NCBI RefSeq assembly: GCF_964204645.1
Contig: NC_134026.1
Span: 5,541,950 to 5,605,949 of the forward strand
Source: Tubulanus polymorphus
Taxonomy: Eukaryota; Animalia; Nemertea
Reading direction: 5' to 3'
Length of the DNA: 64,000 bases
Both the position numbers and the translations under genes were made by a program. The first letter of the stretch is position 1, and each line of letters opens with the position of its first letter. Below, one piece after another: positions 23,417-36,400 of this stretch. Below the pieces are notes generated by a model, which did not search any database, was not told where the DNA came from, and was given only the letters and a program-made list of their open reading frames with translations.

Positions 23417-26400
23417 ATGGCCCATTCCAGTCATCATGAAAGAGGTCCAACTCCACCACCATCATATGAATCGATCACTACGCCGAAAATACCGCTGTGT
23501 TACATCGATTTTATGCCGCAATGTCTCGAGCAAGAGAAAAAGATGAAATATGCCCAGTTTGAGACATTCGAGTAAGAATGAAAATTTCTTAATTCACCTC
23601 CAGCTTGATGATTAAGAAAAATATTCACATAAACGCTTCTGTTAGATAGAGTACTTATTACTAAGATGAAGTTTATTAAGTCTAACTGGGGAAATTGTTA
23701 TAATCAACAGAAAAGTTGATACATGCAGTTCATAATATCCGGTGTGAACCAAAACTTGCATGCATCAAACCTTTTTAGAAGATCGCATTGTAGTGTTCTC
23801 TATATGCTGGAATCTTAAAGGGGGTGCATTTGAGTGTATAACATTGTCACTGTTGAAGTAGCAAGGCTTTCAATACCCCAAAAATACAGATAATTTAATG
23901 ATAATTTAGTTGCAATCTTCTATTTATCGAATTAGCTGAATATATCCCAAATTGATAGAATATTGACATCCAGTCTAAACCTGTTGTGGAAAACACTGCA
24001 TTGAAATTTTGGAAAATGTTTTTTTCTGGTCCTTAGACTATCTCGATTTGTAACTTCATAATTTAGAAATGTTTCATATTCTTTCCACAGTAAGCTGATA
24101 GTAAAAGCTAATGTATTTTTGCGAAGTCGTCCCGATGTACTGGTCAAATCTGTTGAAACTGTGGCAAAGAAATGTGCCTATTTACAAGACATTTACAGTG
24201 GTAAAATGTATACGGATAAACTCGCGTTCAGACACATTGTCATATATGGACTAAGGTGAGAAATATCACGAGCGAAAGTTATTAGTAACAAATTAGTTGC
24301 CCTTTTATACAGCTTAAAAGCTTAAACAGTTCAGATCAAAGTTTCATCCAGATTTTGATTAACTCCTTATGTGATTTGATGATAAATATATGGCTAAAAG
24401 GGCTCACTGAATGGATGAATTCTTTCAATTCTGTCAATCTAGAATTAGTCAGATTAAGCGGGCATTGATACAGTCAAAGCCTCTTAATACCAATTGGTTT
24501 AATCCGGCTTTTGATGATATTATTTACGGTCAATTCATTCATAAATGTATGTAAAATATCATCATGTCTGATCAGGATTTCTCATAAACTGGATTAATTT
24601 GTTCCAAACCTATGCGAAAAACAAGTTCAGCTGAATTTCGTTTCAAGCATCCATCTTCTTTTCCACAGAGTATGGTTCACCATCATCCAGGTTCGCATGA
24701 CTGCGCTCGAATTGGCATATGTGAACATCATACCCGTTAAACTACCATCGTTGGAAGATTCAGATTACCCGAATTTTCAAAAGTTGGAACGTCTGTTTGA
24801 GGCTTTCAATAGGAAACTACTCATTGATCCTTTACCAGGTAGATATTATATCTGCTTAAACTTACACAGGGTGGCTTCTGACTTGGAGCACTCAGGGAAT
24901 CTGAAAAATCTAGGAAAAATCAGGGAAAACTCATTTAACTCATTTTAATTCTAGAAATGTTTCAGATTCTTTTAGGGATTTTGTGTAATCACATGGAAAG
25001 ATCAGGGAATACTCAGGAGATTTGTAAATGGCCGGAAAGTGGCAGCCCTGCTAACACATGACCATATTCATTTTACAAGTAGACATTTACCAGGGCAGGG
25101 TTTTCAAAAAAAGTTATTCTTGCAAATCGATTAAAATCGAGGCCTTGAGTATCATGGAATGGGCTCTAAAATCTTTAAATCATTGTAATGGTCCTCGCTG
25201 GTGTACATTGTTTCAGATCATGGTATTGTCAGGCTAGTACACTAGTCTGGTAATTTGTCTGGACTCCAATGAAAATGATGATTATAAGTCCTGGAATCAG
25301 AGTCAAAAAAGTCCTTAAAACTCCAATGAGATTGGTCATGGACACTATGAACCCTGAAATGGAATCCTGTGATCTGTTTGGGATCTTATGAAATAGGTTT
25401 GAATTTTGTGAATTCAGTTGAATACAACGGCATTACATTTTGTAGGTCAGATAGTCAGTATTGAAACTGTCAGTATAAAGATTGATAAGGATACGTGGTT
25501 CAAGTTTGATGGAAATTTCGACTGGGACAGCTGCTCGTGGTACGACGGGTATAAACACCATCTGTTTAATTTCACGCGGATATTCTATCTGAAAGGATCT
25601 CCCGCTAATGAACTGATCGGTAAAATGTTCACTCTATTTGAAAAAATTATTTGGAATATTATTGTATTATTGAACCGCGAATGTGCACTTTTTCAGTGAA
25701 TTAAAACCATTCCTAATGCATTGTTTCACACCGGACTCTCAATACGCTACTAATGCTAATGATAAACTGAAATGCATATATTTAGCAAAGAAATTTATCT
25801 TCTATCCATGTACTATTAGGTGTCATCTATCTTGTGTTAGATATTCGATGCAAACTTAATGAATGAATAAATGAATGTGATCGAATAAAGGAACTGATTC
25901 GGCGTGTATAATTCTTCTGTTTGGTATAATAGAACTGAGGTGATGCTTCATAAAACTGAGTACTAACTACGAATGTACAATAATTGCAGGTATTGAGGAT
26001 ATCACTCCAAACCGACTGGATGGCAAAGAAGACGGAATACCGAAATATGAATCATTCAATTTAATGTTCAAACGGGCCCAACAATGGATATATGATAATA
26101 TACATACTGTAAGTACAGAATGTTATAGGGCAAAACTCACAATTTCAGTTTTGACGAAACAGGGGCCGGCGCAGGAAACCCTGTTAGTGCTAACCGCGGT
26201 CAGTAAACTGTGGTTAGGGATAAAAGGGCGCAGGAAAACGCTGTTAGCTAAACATTGTCTTCGTGTGGCCTCTTATTTTTAAGCGGGTTAGCCTAATCAC
26301 AGAAAAGTCACTAACCACAGTTAGGCTAACAAGGTTTTCCTGCGGAATGCTGTTAAGATTTAACTTGTAAAACCTTTCGGATATGCAATCAGCCATCAGA

Positions 26401-27575
26401 TAAGTTTTTCGGATTTGCAGCAAAAGAAACTCGTGAATGTGAAAACTATTGAAACGCCGTATTTTGGAACCAGTTTACAGGAATCAGCAGGTAATAATGC
26501 ATTCATTACTAGTGGTGAGAAACGACTGTTTTGCGGTACCTGAAATTCCCGAGCCTAATCAATCTTGTTTATGTTTCGTTTGCTGCCAGGTTTAACGGGA
26601 AGATGCCATGTGATTCCTGGAATGTCTTTCTGCGACAATTTACACGAGCGCGGACGCGTTTATTTTCTACGAATCTCTTACGTCGTTTCGCGTGACTCGA
26701 ACCTGCCGCGACCGGAATTAACGTATCGAACGTTCGTGCCGGGGCACGATCTAGAATCGACGATCATGGAATATCAGTCGTTGGACGATCTGATGAATCA
26801 TATCAATTCGTGGATTCGTGTCACAAGTGAGTTTTCTACTTGTATCTAATTCTGGGTGGTTTGATACTTAAGATGGGTCCAGTTCCGCGGTTATGGGGTT
26901 GAAATTGGTCTCATTAAACCAGGGGCGGGAGCACAAGAAACCCTTTTGAAAATACAATATTTTTCAGGGCACTTTTCCACCTCAACTTATAAGACAGCAG
27001 TCCACAGGGCAAGATTTTCCAGACCCTTGTGGATACCTAACTTGAATTGAACTTACAAATCTAAAGCAATATCATCATGGTTCTCTTTTTGAATTATGTT
27101 CTATATTCTAGAAACAAATGTCGTATATGCTGAGACATGTGAATGCAGGCTTAACGCTGTGAAACACGATGGTATATTAGGAACCGAGTGTACATCCACC
27201 GGTTGCAGTATGCCCTCAGATCCAACTCTTGCCTATCGGGTAATTTATTTCATAAGGTACGCATATATTAATCCATCGAATAAATGGTTTACCTAGGTAA
27301 ACAGTACTGATTTAGGAGGACTCTACAGTACCGTAATTAGGATATGAAAGTGATGCAGTACGCTTTCTTGAAATAAGATACTTTCTCCTTGAAAACTCTT
27401 TATATCCAGGAATGACTGATTTGTTGGGATGCTGTTGAAGAATGCTATTGTTTCTGAAGTTCTAATTCATTCAATTTCTAGATTATATATAAACGGTGGC
27501 TTTTATGAGCCAGCACCAGAGCTGTTGGATGCCGTGCCGTCATATCCCGAAAAATCCGATTGTGATATCCTGTGA
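23417..27575 (+). CDS. Uncharacterised 442-aa protein of four ~100-aa internal repeats, with N-terminal PPxY and C-terminal CaaX; 9 coding exons
   Basis: Exons 23417-23571, 24091-24255, 24669-24838, 25446-25619, 25990-26108, 26421-26490, 26590-26826, 27112-27256 and 27482-27575 all have GT-AG introns and join without stops (1329 nt). The protein starts MAHSSHHERGPTPPPSYES and ends PEKSDCDIL*. Confidence 0.85.
24867..25050. mobile_element. hAT-like MITE family B; related copies at ~3515-3705, ~47690-47901 and ~51648-51850
   Basis: Termini CAGGGTGGC...GCAGCCCTG and internal TCAGGGAA repeats. The 47.7 kb and 51.7 kb copies share TGACTTGATCTSCTAAGAATYCAATCAAWTAAC. Confidence 0.55.
26170..26344. 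mobile_element. MITE-like element with terminal inverted repeats
   Basis: CGCAGGAAACCCTGTTAG ... CTAACAAGGTTTTCCTGCG, with an internal second copy of CGCAGGAAAA..TGTTAG. Confidence 0.5.
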
Positions 27576-30424
27576 AGAACTGCAAGTTCTGGCTGAACTT
27601 TACTACCTTTACTGCAGCATTGTCGATAATGATCTGCTGGACAATTTGTTATATGTATGATTTTTGTGAAGTTCAACTCGCGAATCAATTGTAAATATCG
27701 AGCGAAAAATTAATTGTGGATTTCCTAATTGTCGATAAACTACTGTCCGCTTTAATTGGTACAGCAGATAGAACTCACTTCATTCGGATGACTAGAGTCC
27801 TTTTAGATTTATCTGAATTAAGTAAAATCTGAATTACAAATAAGAGTTGACGTAGTTCCAGGTTAGATGGACTACCGTATTAAAATATATAATCTGAATT
27901 AAATGAAAATCCAAATTAAGCGAGTTTTACTGTAATCAAAACCGAAACCGTAAATCATGAAATAGGAAAAGATCTACAGTATTCATTGACGTATGAATAC
28001 TGCTGCTAGTTGTATGTATAGCCTTAAAGGTCAGGTGCTCGGTGTTACATCTGTCTAAATACAATAATATGATTTTACGTGTAGCACGGAAAAAATTTTG
28101 CTGTTAATATTGAATAAAACATAGAACAACCTTACAGCAACTGGCTTTAGTATGATGGACAGATCTGAAACTGATCACTATGATAGCATTCGTAGATACT
28201 TGTATATTGGATTTAGTTCTCCATTTTGCTTAAACACCGATCTAACTGGCTGTTTAGAAGAACTGATGAATTCGTTTTAGTTTTCAAGAATAGTTGTTAG
28301 TATCATGAGCTAAGACTGCATTTACATATAATTCATTTATATTGGTGTGGTTGATATGTAGATTATGAGTGAAAAAGGATATGAATGTCACTGGTGATCA
28401 AACCTAGTCAAATTTTGACTGTTTTTATGGTTGAATGAATGTGCATGTTAAACATGATGATTTAATGCTTTAGATCGTGGATATTTGATGATTATGTTAG
28501 TTAAACTACATGTATAGATTGAACGATGTTTGATGCCGGTAATGATAATTAATTTTCTTTGTCTACGAAAAGATGACGTTTGTCTAATAACCGAGATTAT
28601 AATGTGCAAGAAATATTCAGAATATTTTTAATAAAATAATTTATTATTATTGGAAAATTTAATCAATTTGGCCTTTTGTTTCATTTCATTTAAGCAGTAA
28701 TGAAAGTTTCCTTACAAGCCTATGTTTTCCACAAGGGCTTGCTGTGTTCTCTGTTTATGTTCTATCAGGCACTGGTTCTATCAATGCTTACAATGATTGT
28801 GCTGAAAAGTGTTTGGTTAATATTATGTAAACTGTTGTCAGATTGCACCATAAGTTTCCAAGGATGACTCTCAGACAGTACGCTATGGCATAATATGTAG
28901 CTGGGCACACTGGGTCCTGCAAACAGCAGCAAATAAACCAGAAATTATTATAGGAAACATTTTTCATTGCCCTATTTAAAGTTGCAGTGACACACACAAG
29001 AGCTCGTGATCCAGGAAATGTTCATTAACATCGGGCCTACTGTGATTAGAATTATTCAGTCTGTCTTCAGTGTATCTTCCAAATCGGATATCGAATTGTC
29101 TGATTGGGATGCAGATTAATACCTACATTAAAATACAACTCCCGTAAAATTCACATGTCTGAACATCTGACTGAACAGGGTAGCACTGCAGTTTGGACTG
29201 CTTGAAGCAGGGTTATTCATCCTTTCTTTATACGTAGAAACAAAGTCGCTTTTTTCGTTGGAATTTTTTTTATTTTTGATTTAACACAATTCACCCCATC
29301 TTTTTCTAATGATAATAAATACAATACAACTATTTCTCATAAAAGAAAGAAAAAACACAGATAGCACAAACTGGGTCAGAGATAAATTATTGACAACTAA
29401 ATCAAAGTATGTGTTAAGTACAAATCTACACAACGCATCAAAAATATTCTAACACTAATAAATATATGGATTAACATTCAATCATACCGTTTAACAAAAG
29501 CTGAATCAATAAAAATCCGCTGTAATACAAAATGATCATCTGTACATTCGCGCGTGGCAGTTCTTTGAACTTTTCCAGACAGAAAATCACAGTGAACTAC
29601 AATTTTGGAAATGTTTTTAAACAGAAAAACGCTTATTTCCATGTTTCATTCAATATAAACCATCCATCACTTATACAGATCAACATTCTTCTGATGACAA
29701 AACGCGAATTACCATAATTAGCGAGGAACTAACATTAGTTCAATATATCATCCTTCTCAACGCACAAACTACTGCTTTGCTTTACAAATACTAAATATTC
29801 ATATCTGCAATACAGCAAATTAACTATGCATGCCTATGAATAACTAAACTGAGTTTGATTCATGGCACAAAAGAGGTCACATACATAAATTTACATATTT
29901 TTGGTCACGTAAAATGGAGGTTTGTGCAGGTATTAGCATAAGCTACAGTTACAATTCCATGAGTTGTTGCGAATGCTAAATGACAAAACACGAAGTACTT
30001 GCAGATTTGGTCACAACTAATTGCTCTTTGATCATCGACTTATATGCCCAAATTACCATACCGGTACTCATAAGCGAGCGTCAGTGAAAGTCTGCCATAT
30101 AACAACAATGATAATTGATAATTGTGATTTCAATTTCATTCAGTTAAATTTGTACCCTCCCTAGCCGTCACATCATTTTGAGCGATGGACTAAAAACCAT
30201 TTAAAATTCCACCGGAATTCTTCTCGTTCAAAATGTTTGCGGTCTAAATTTATTCGCATTAAGCATAAGAGTCTGTTATCGATTCACAACTAACTCTTCA
30301 TTTACGCATAATTTGATTATGTTTCGATAAATCTTCGAAGACACCGCTTGAAGCTGTGGTGATGCTTTTTAGCAAAACAGCAATTACATCTAGGATGACA
30401 TCTAGTGAAGACAAAGTCGCTATT

Positions 30425-33400
30425 CTAACCGCTCAACGGATCTTCTCTGCAATGTACGGCGTATAGCAGTCTCTGCATCATAATATCTCTCGATGAATAT
30501 TGTGGTAGTTTAATCATGAATAGACATGTCTCGACTCTGATATAGCGTATGTCTGGATTACCTGAAACAGCAATAACATCCAGCAGCTGGTTATTCAATG
30601 GGGAGCACATCTCTCTATTTTGAAATTGACATTATATTTATCTAGCAATTTTTAATGAGAGCTCAGACTGAACTTACCAGGTCCATCTGGTGGAGCAATT
30701 TTCATTGGATATGGAGGAACATGAGCAGTATCTAAACTACCATCTCTACATGGACACACCATCGGAATCCGATCCTGATTGCATGCGAACTTTATAAAAC
30801 GACAAAGATCGTCTTGACTGAAACTTTCTAGGACGCTCCAGAAGTATTCGATATGTTGATCAGTCTCTGATAGTCCAACTTGGTACATCGTGTGCGCCTG
30901 TATTGTATAACCAATAGTTCATCATTAGATTTTCACCTGAATTGAGTATTTAGTCATCGACCCGATAAACTGATAGAACAAACCTTGAGAAAGTCGAGAT
31001 CAACTGTCGGTAATCCACATGTTCTTAATTGAGCATCACGTGGTACCATAAGCGATAGAGTTTGAAGCGGAATTACGGACGCAAGTCCAGCTCGAATTGC
31101 TAGCATTCTCTCAGAGCAACGTAGCTCTTCCATTCTTAACTGACGAATTGAGTCAATATACAGCTGTAAGTTATCCCACCTAAAAGTGATATGAATAACA
31201 CATAACTGTTCAACAACCTTTTTGTATTTTCATAGAAAACTATCAAAGCAAAGCATAGGAGCGAATCAGGTAAGGTATGAAAACACTAACTGATTTTGCA
31301 CTTTTTACCCCTACCTACAGCTCACAGAAATACTCACCCAACAAATATTTTACTGCCATCTGGAATGAGATCAACTTCGTGTCCTGTGATAGTAGGATAC
31401 ACAAATCTTGGATAGTTGTCATCATATAAAGAGGACAGCTCCGATTCACTTTCAACCTTTCAAAACAATCAAATACATCTTAATTCGAGTAAAATACAAA
31501 TGGGTTGGTTGTTTTAACGAATATACCGGAAACTGGAAAATACGAATATTCTAACTAGCTTTTCTATACGACATCGAAACAGCTTTATTCCTATTACCGG
31601 TACTTACCATTTCAAACCTTTTGATATACTTGTAAGTAAGGACGTCGCCTTGTTGGAGATCGCAGACAGGGTCTAATGGAATTCCCACCAGATTCTTCCA
31701 GAATACCGGTAACAAATCCAAACCAAGAGGAATGTCAGCTCGAATCGCAATTCCGAGTAGCTAGAGAACAGATCAACAATATTTTGTCATTCAATGATGT
31801 ATTGTAAATACGGGGAACATTGGAAAACCAAAAATCTAGTAAGAAATTACTAATTCTAACCTGGCCGATGAATTGCAGCATCTTTTCTTCAGAATACGTC
31901 ATGGAGCCAGGTTTAATTATGTATTTCCATCTGTTTTTCAGGGTAGCAGCTGTCGGACATAAAATCAACAGGTCTAATAAAGATCCTTGTAACTCTTTGG
32001 CGACTTGCCATAGAAAATGTCGAAATGAACCACCTAAAAGAAAATACAAATCGACAATACAGTATCTCATTTGTTATAGCTCTACGATATTTTGGAATGT
32101 ATCATAGTTAAGCAAGTGAAACGTTTGCTGCGAGGAAAGGACCTTTGCACTTAAGAAATAGATTGTTACACAAACCATAACCCAGACTTAAAAAACACCA
32201 ATACACCAAAGAAATTAGTCAGAATTGGTAAGATGACCTCTTAACTCTCCAATAACAAACAAATCAAAATGAGGGCCAATTCTAATAAAGCAATCATTGG
32301 CTCAGGTATATGAAGTAACAGCTGCTTACTTGTGCCGTGGACTTCCTCTCCAGTAAGTCGAACATTAAATGAATAAGTTGGATCTCCACCACTGGCAATA
32401 CGAACACATAACTGACTCGACGGGACTGCCGATAGTTGATTCATCGCTTGACTGAATGTTGTACTAATCGAAGCTTTTACATCAGCTGCAAGATTGAAAT
32501 CACAAGTTACGTCTGTTCGAAAGTTCTTGTCACTGCAGCCAATATTACATTATCACGAGCAGAAACTGTACAGAAATATAAAACCTAGCTATGACCACAT
32601 CGAGTTTTAACAGTGTATCCAAATAAGCAGGATCAGGTTTCAAAGAATTTCTATTTTGACTGATTTCAAGTCTAGAGACCGTCAAGTCTATCAACTCAGG
32701 GGTTGTTACCATAGTTGTGGCTCAGATTTAAGACCAGCCATAGACCAACTTAGTTCTAAAACCAATCTAACATCGTGGAACCAGTCTTAAAATTTAAGAA
32801 CCCATTTCGGACTTAAGTCACGACTTTGCAGCTGGGCCCAGAGTATGATTCACCATTGTATGTCTATGGAAAGTTACCTCCAACAGTTTCAAGTGGATCT
32901 AGAACAATCTCAGGCGCTGGTTGGTCTGGTTTGCGTTGGGCCGTGCTGTTCAGAATTCGATTCAATTGAAACATTTTCGTGTCGTAGAAGATGAGATGGC
33001 GAGCTTGTGAAAGAAGATTAGCCGTGCTCAGCGTATACGAGTCGACCGGTCGTAGGTCGACTAATGGCACGAACAACGTCTGCAGCGTACTGTTTATCGA
33101 CTGAATCAGAGCGAAACGTAATCTCACGCTTTCAGTCGGAATTCCTGTAAAAAAGATATGTAATGAATAATGTTACCAAGTCGTGAGGTGTTAAAGTGCA
33201 AAATAGATATACATGTTTATGAAATACTAGTAGCACAATTATACTTCATCAAAAATGAAGGCACTAATTTAGCGTCAGCGACATTTCATAAACCGAACAA
33301 GGCAATATTAACAAGATAATAATAATAACAATAATAACAAGAAATACATGATAATTGAATTCAAAAGTGTTGCCATATGGGGTTTATTCATTACCTTGTA

Positions 33401-36400
33401 ATGGTGAGTATTCTTCACTGGTAAGTTCAGCTTCAGTTAAGTACAACTCGTGAGGATGAAGCCGAGATGGCGTTGTCGCTAGGTGGCGACACAATTCATT
33501 GACATACTGAACAAGAGCGGCATCCATTTCTGGCGTCCACTGTTCACACATCTGTTGAGCTTGCAGATTGTCTAAACATGCACATCTAGAAGTAACAAAT
33601 TTGACAGTTAGATATATAGGCTACAGGTATGAATACCGAACATAGGATTCTCATGCTTTACGTCAGCGCACTTCACTAATAGATGATCACCAAAAAATGG
33701 TATGGATATATACATACGAGGAAGAAATATGTGGAGAAAAGGTCTTTTGAAATAAGACATCTGGGTAGAAGTGACATTGACTACAGTAATAGCTGAATTC
33801 ATAAATACCTATCAAAATGAAAATCGAATCCACACGCTAATAGAGCCCTCCATATAGAACTTGCTGATTGATGAACTCTGTCTATCACAAACTGTAGAAA
33901 CCCATCTAGAGTAAGCAATCTTTCTTCATCTTTCACCTGAATGAGACAAAAGTGCTACGCATGTTCCGGGGCACAAGAGTATCACACTATCAGACTGATG
34001 TAACAACTATAACTTACCTTGCTTTTGCCGACCATCTCTGTTGATTTTCCCGAGTTGTCGTTAGTTTCTTTCGCCTTGAGTTTCTTATCTTTCATGATAC
34101 CTCTGAAAAACGTATTGAATCAATTGTACGTGAAAGTGGATGGAACCATAGCAATTAATCGGGTACCTGTATTATTTGAATATAATAATACCTTCCCACT
34201 GATCCAACTTGTTGTCGCTCTTTTGATGATTTGATCGGTTTCTTACTCAACTTCACATTTTTGTCAGTCGACCTGCGGGTGAAAAGTCAATACCCACTAC
34301 CGGTACATTTTTTAAATAAAAATCTCAAATACTCCAATCAAAGCCTACTTACTCATCTTTATCTGTAAATTTCGGTATCCCATATTGTCTAAATACTCCA
34401 TTTATATGTTCAGCGAATGTTTTCTTCGAAGGCCTAATCGTCGCGAAGAACGTATAAAGCAAGTTGCCTTGACTCTGAATAGCTATTTGATCTTTACTCA
34501 AACAGATGAATCCGGTTTCTTGTTTCGATTCCGTATAATTATCTCTCTGTTCAGCGATGAAACAACTATGAAATATCTCGGTCAAAGCGATCATCGCTTT
34601 ATCGTCGAGTTCCTTGCGTTCGACGTTCGAAACCAATTTCGTGCTCAAGTAATCGTCTAAGGCGGCGTTGCCTTGAGGATCGGAAAACAAGCCGGGATTC
34701 ACAGCCGAAATCGATAACATCTCGTCCGGCAGATCGACCATTTTATCCGCGTCAAAATTCAAACCTGCGATCAGAGTTTTACTTTTGAACAATGCTTTCC
34801 GTACAGCGTCGAACTTTATTTTCGAGCGCAGTTCTATAACTGCATATCCTTTGATTATCGTCTTTTTCATGGTCGATTCCGAACCACCGTTGACTTTTTC
34901 CTTGACGACATCATCTTCTGTAGCTTTGTTTCCGTTCTCTTTGTTGACGGACACTTCTACGACATCCGTCGGCAAGAACATCTCGCCTTTGAAAAGACCA
35001 CCAGCCGAATGGCATACTTTATGCAAAGTGGATGAGATACTCTCAACCGAAAGATCCTTCGGTAACCCGGTTATGATCAGTAACCGATTGTGGACGCTGG
35101 CCACATTGAGCATCTGGGCAGCGTCCGAAACGGCTTCGTTCATCGCGCTTAATCCTTGAGGATCTTTAAACATCATATAGCGTAGAATCTGTGATAACGT
35201 CAATGCTCGATGAAACCAGAGCATTTCTTCCGGTTTCGTGCCAGTGATCGAAACGCCCGAGCTGGAACTTCCTACGGACGTCGTACTAGACGCCGAGCTT
35301 AAACTGCTCGTTTCAGTAAGACTGCTACTGGGAGAGGGTCCTCCGCTTGATCCGTCGCTTTCACTTGTTCTAGGACTCATTTGCATCATCGACGCAGTTC
35401 GTTCGCGTTTCGCTTTTAATTTCTTGCGTTTGCCTCCGACGGGAACGGTTATCGGAGCCAGAGATTGCGTTTCCGAAGTCGTCTGCTGTAGCGAAAGCAT
35501 ACCGCTACCCGAACACGGACTCGGAACGGGAGCCGTTATTTCGGCGACGGCTAAACTAACCTCCATCAAACTGTGGAAATACGTCGTAAATCGTCCCTGT
35601 TCTTCGCACTGCAGTCCTAAACCGGCTCCGCTCGGCCAGGCTTTTATCTCTTCGTCGTACAAACTTTTCAATTCCGTCTGCAGACTGAACAGCAGATTCA
35701 AAGACGGACTCAAATGAGACGACGTCGTCGGTAAGAAATCGGACAGCGTAGATCCGCTAGCGTGTAACACGCGTAGCAGCTGCGCTAATAAATGGAATAT
35801 ATGTTCTTTGATAATCGCCGGTACATTCGTCTTCCACATGTATCCGGCTAATAATTCAACGGCGTGCTGTAACACTGCCGTTGTTATAGGAATCGATGCG
35901 TCGTCCATGCAGCCGTATCCGTCTGACATCGCCGCGTCTCTAGCGACCGTCGACGTTTTGTCTTTCGTTAGACTCTTGGTTTTCTCCGTGACCAAGTTCT
36001 CGAGGTACGCCATCGCGAGCGGGAACTGCGTCGGAATACCGTGAACGTTGACGACAATCCCGGGCGCCGGTGAAACACCGAGCCGTACGAATATTTGATC
36101 GGTGGGAATCATCACGGCCGAATATTGTTCGCTTTGATTGCTGTTCGACGACGGATCTCGCGGGTAGCAGACAACTTCTTGCTTCGAACGTTCGCCCGTT
36201 TTCTTCACGCGATGCCCGGTATACGTGTAAAATCTCGCCCACGGTGATTTGTAAGGTAGAGCCCTGAAATTGAACATTTGCATAATATAACACTTTGCTC
36301 ATTTTGTCCATAATGAAAAAACATTTAAACTTAAACGACAACATATACTTTTTACTCACTCTTTCTTCACTGCTTTGCCATCAGAGCGACATGAGATAAC

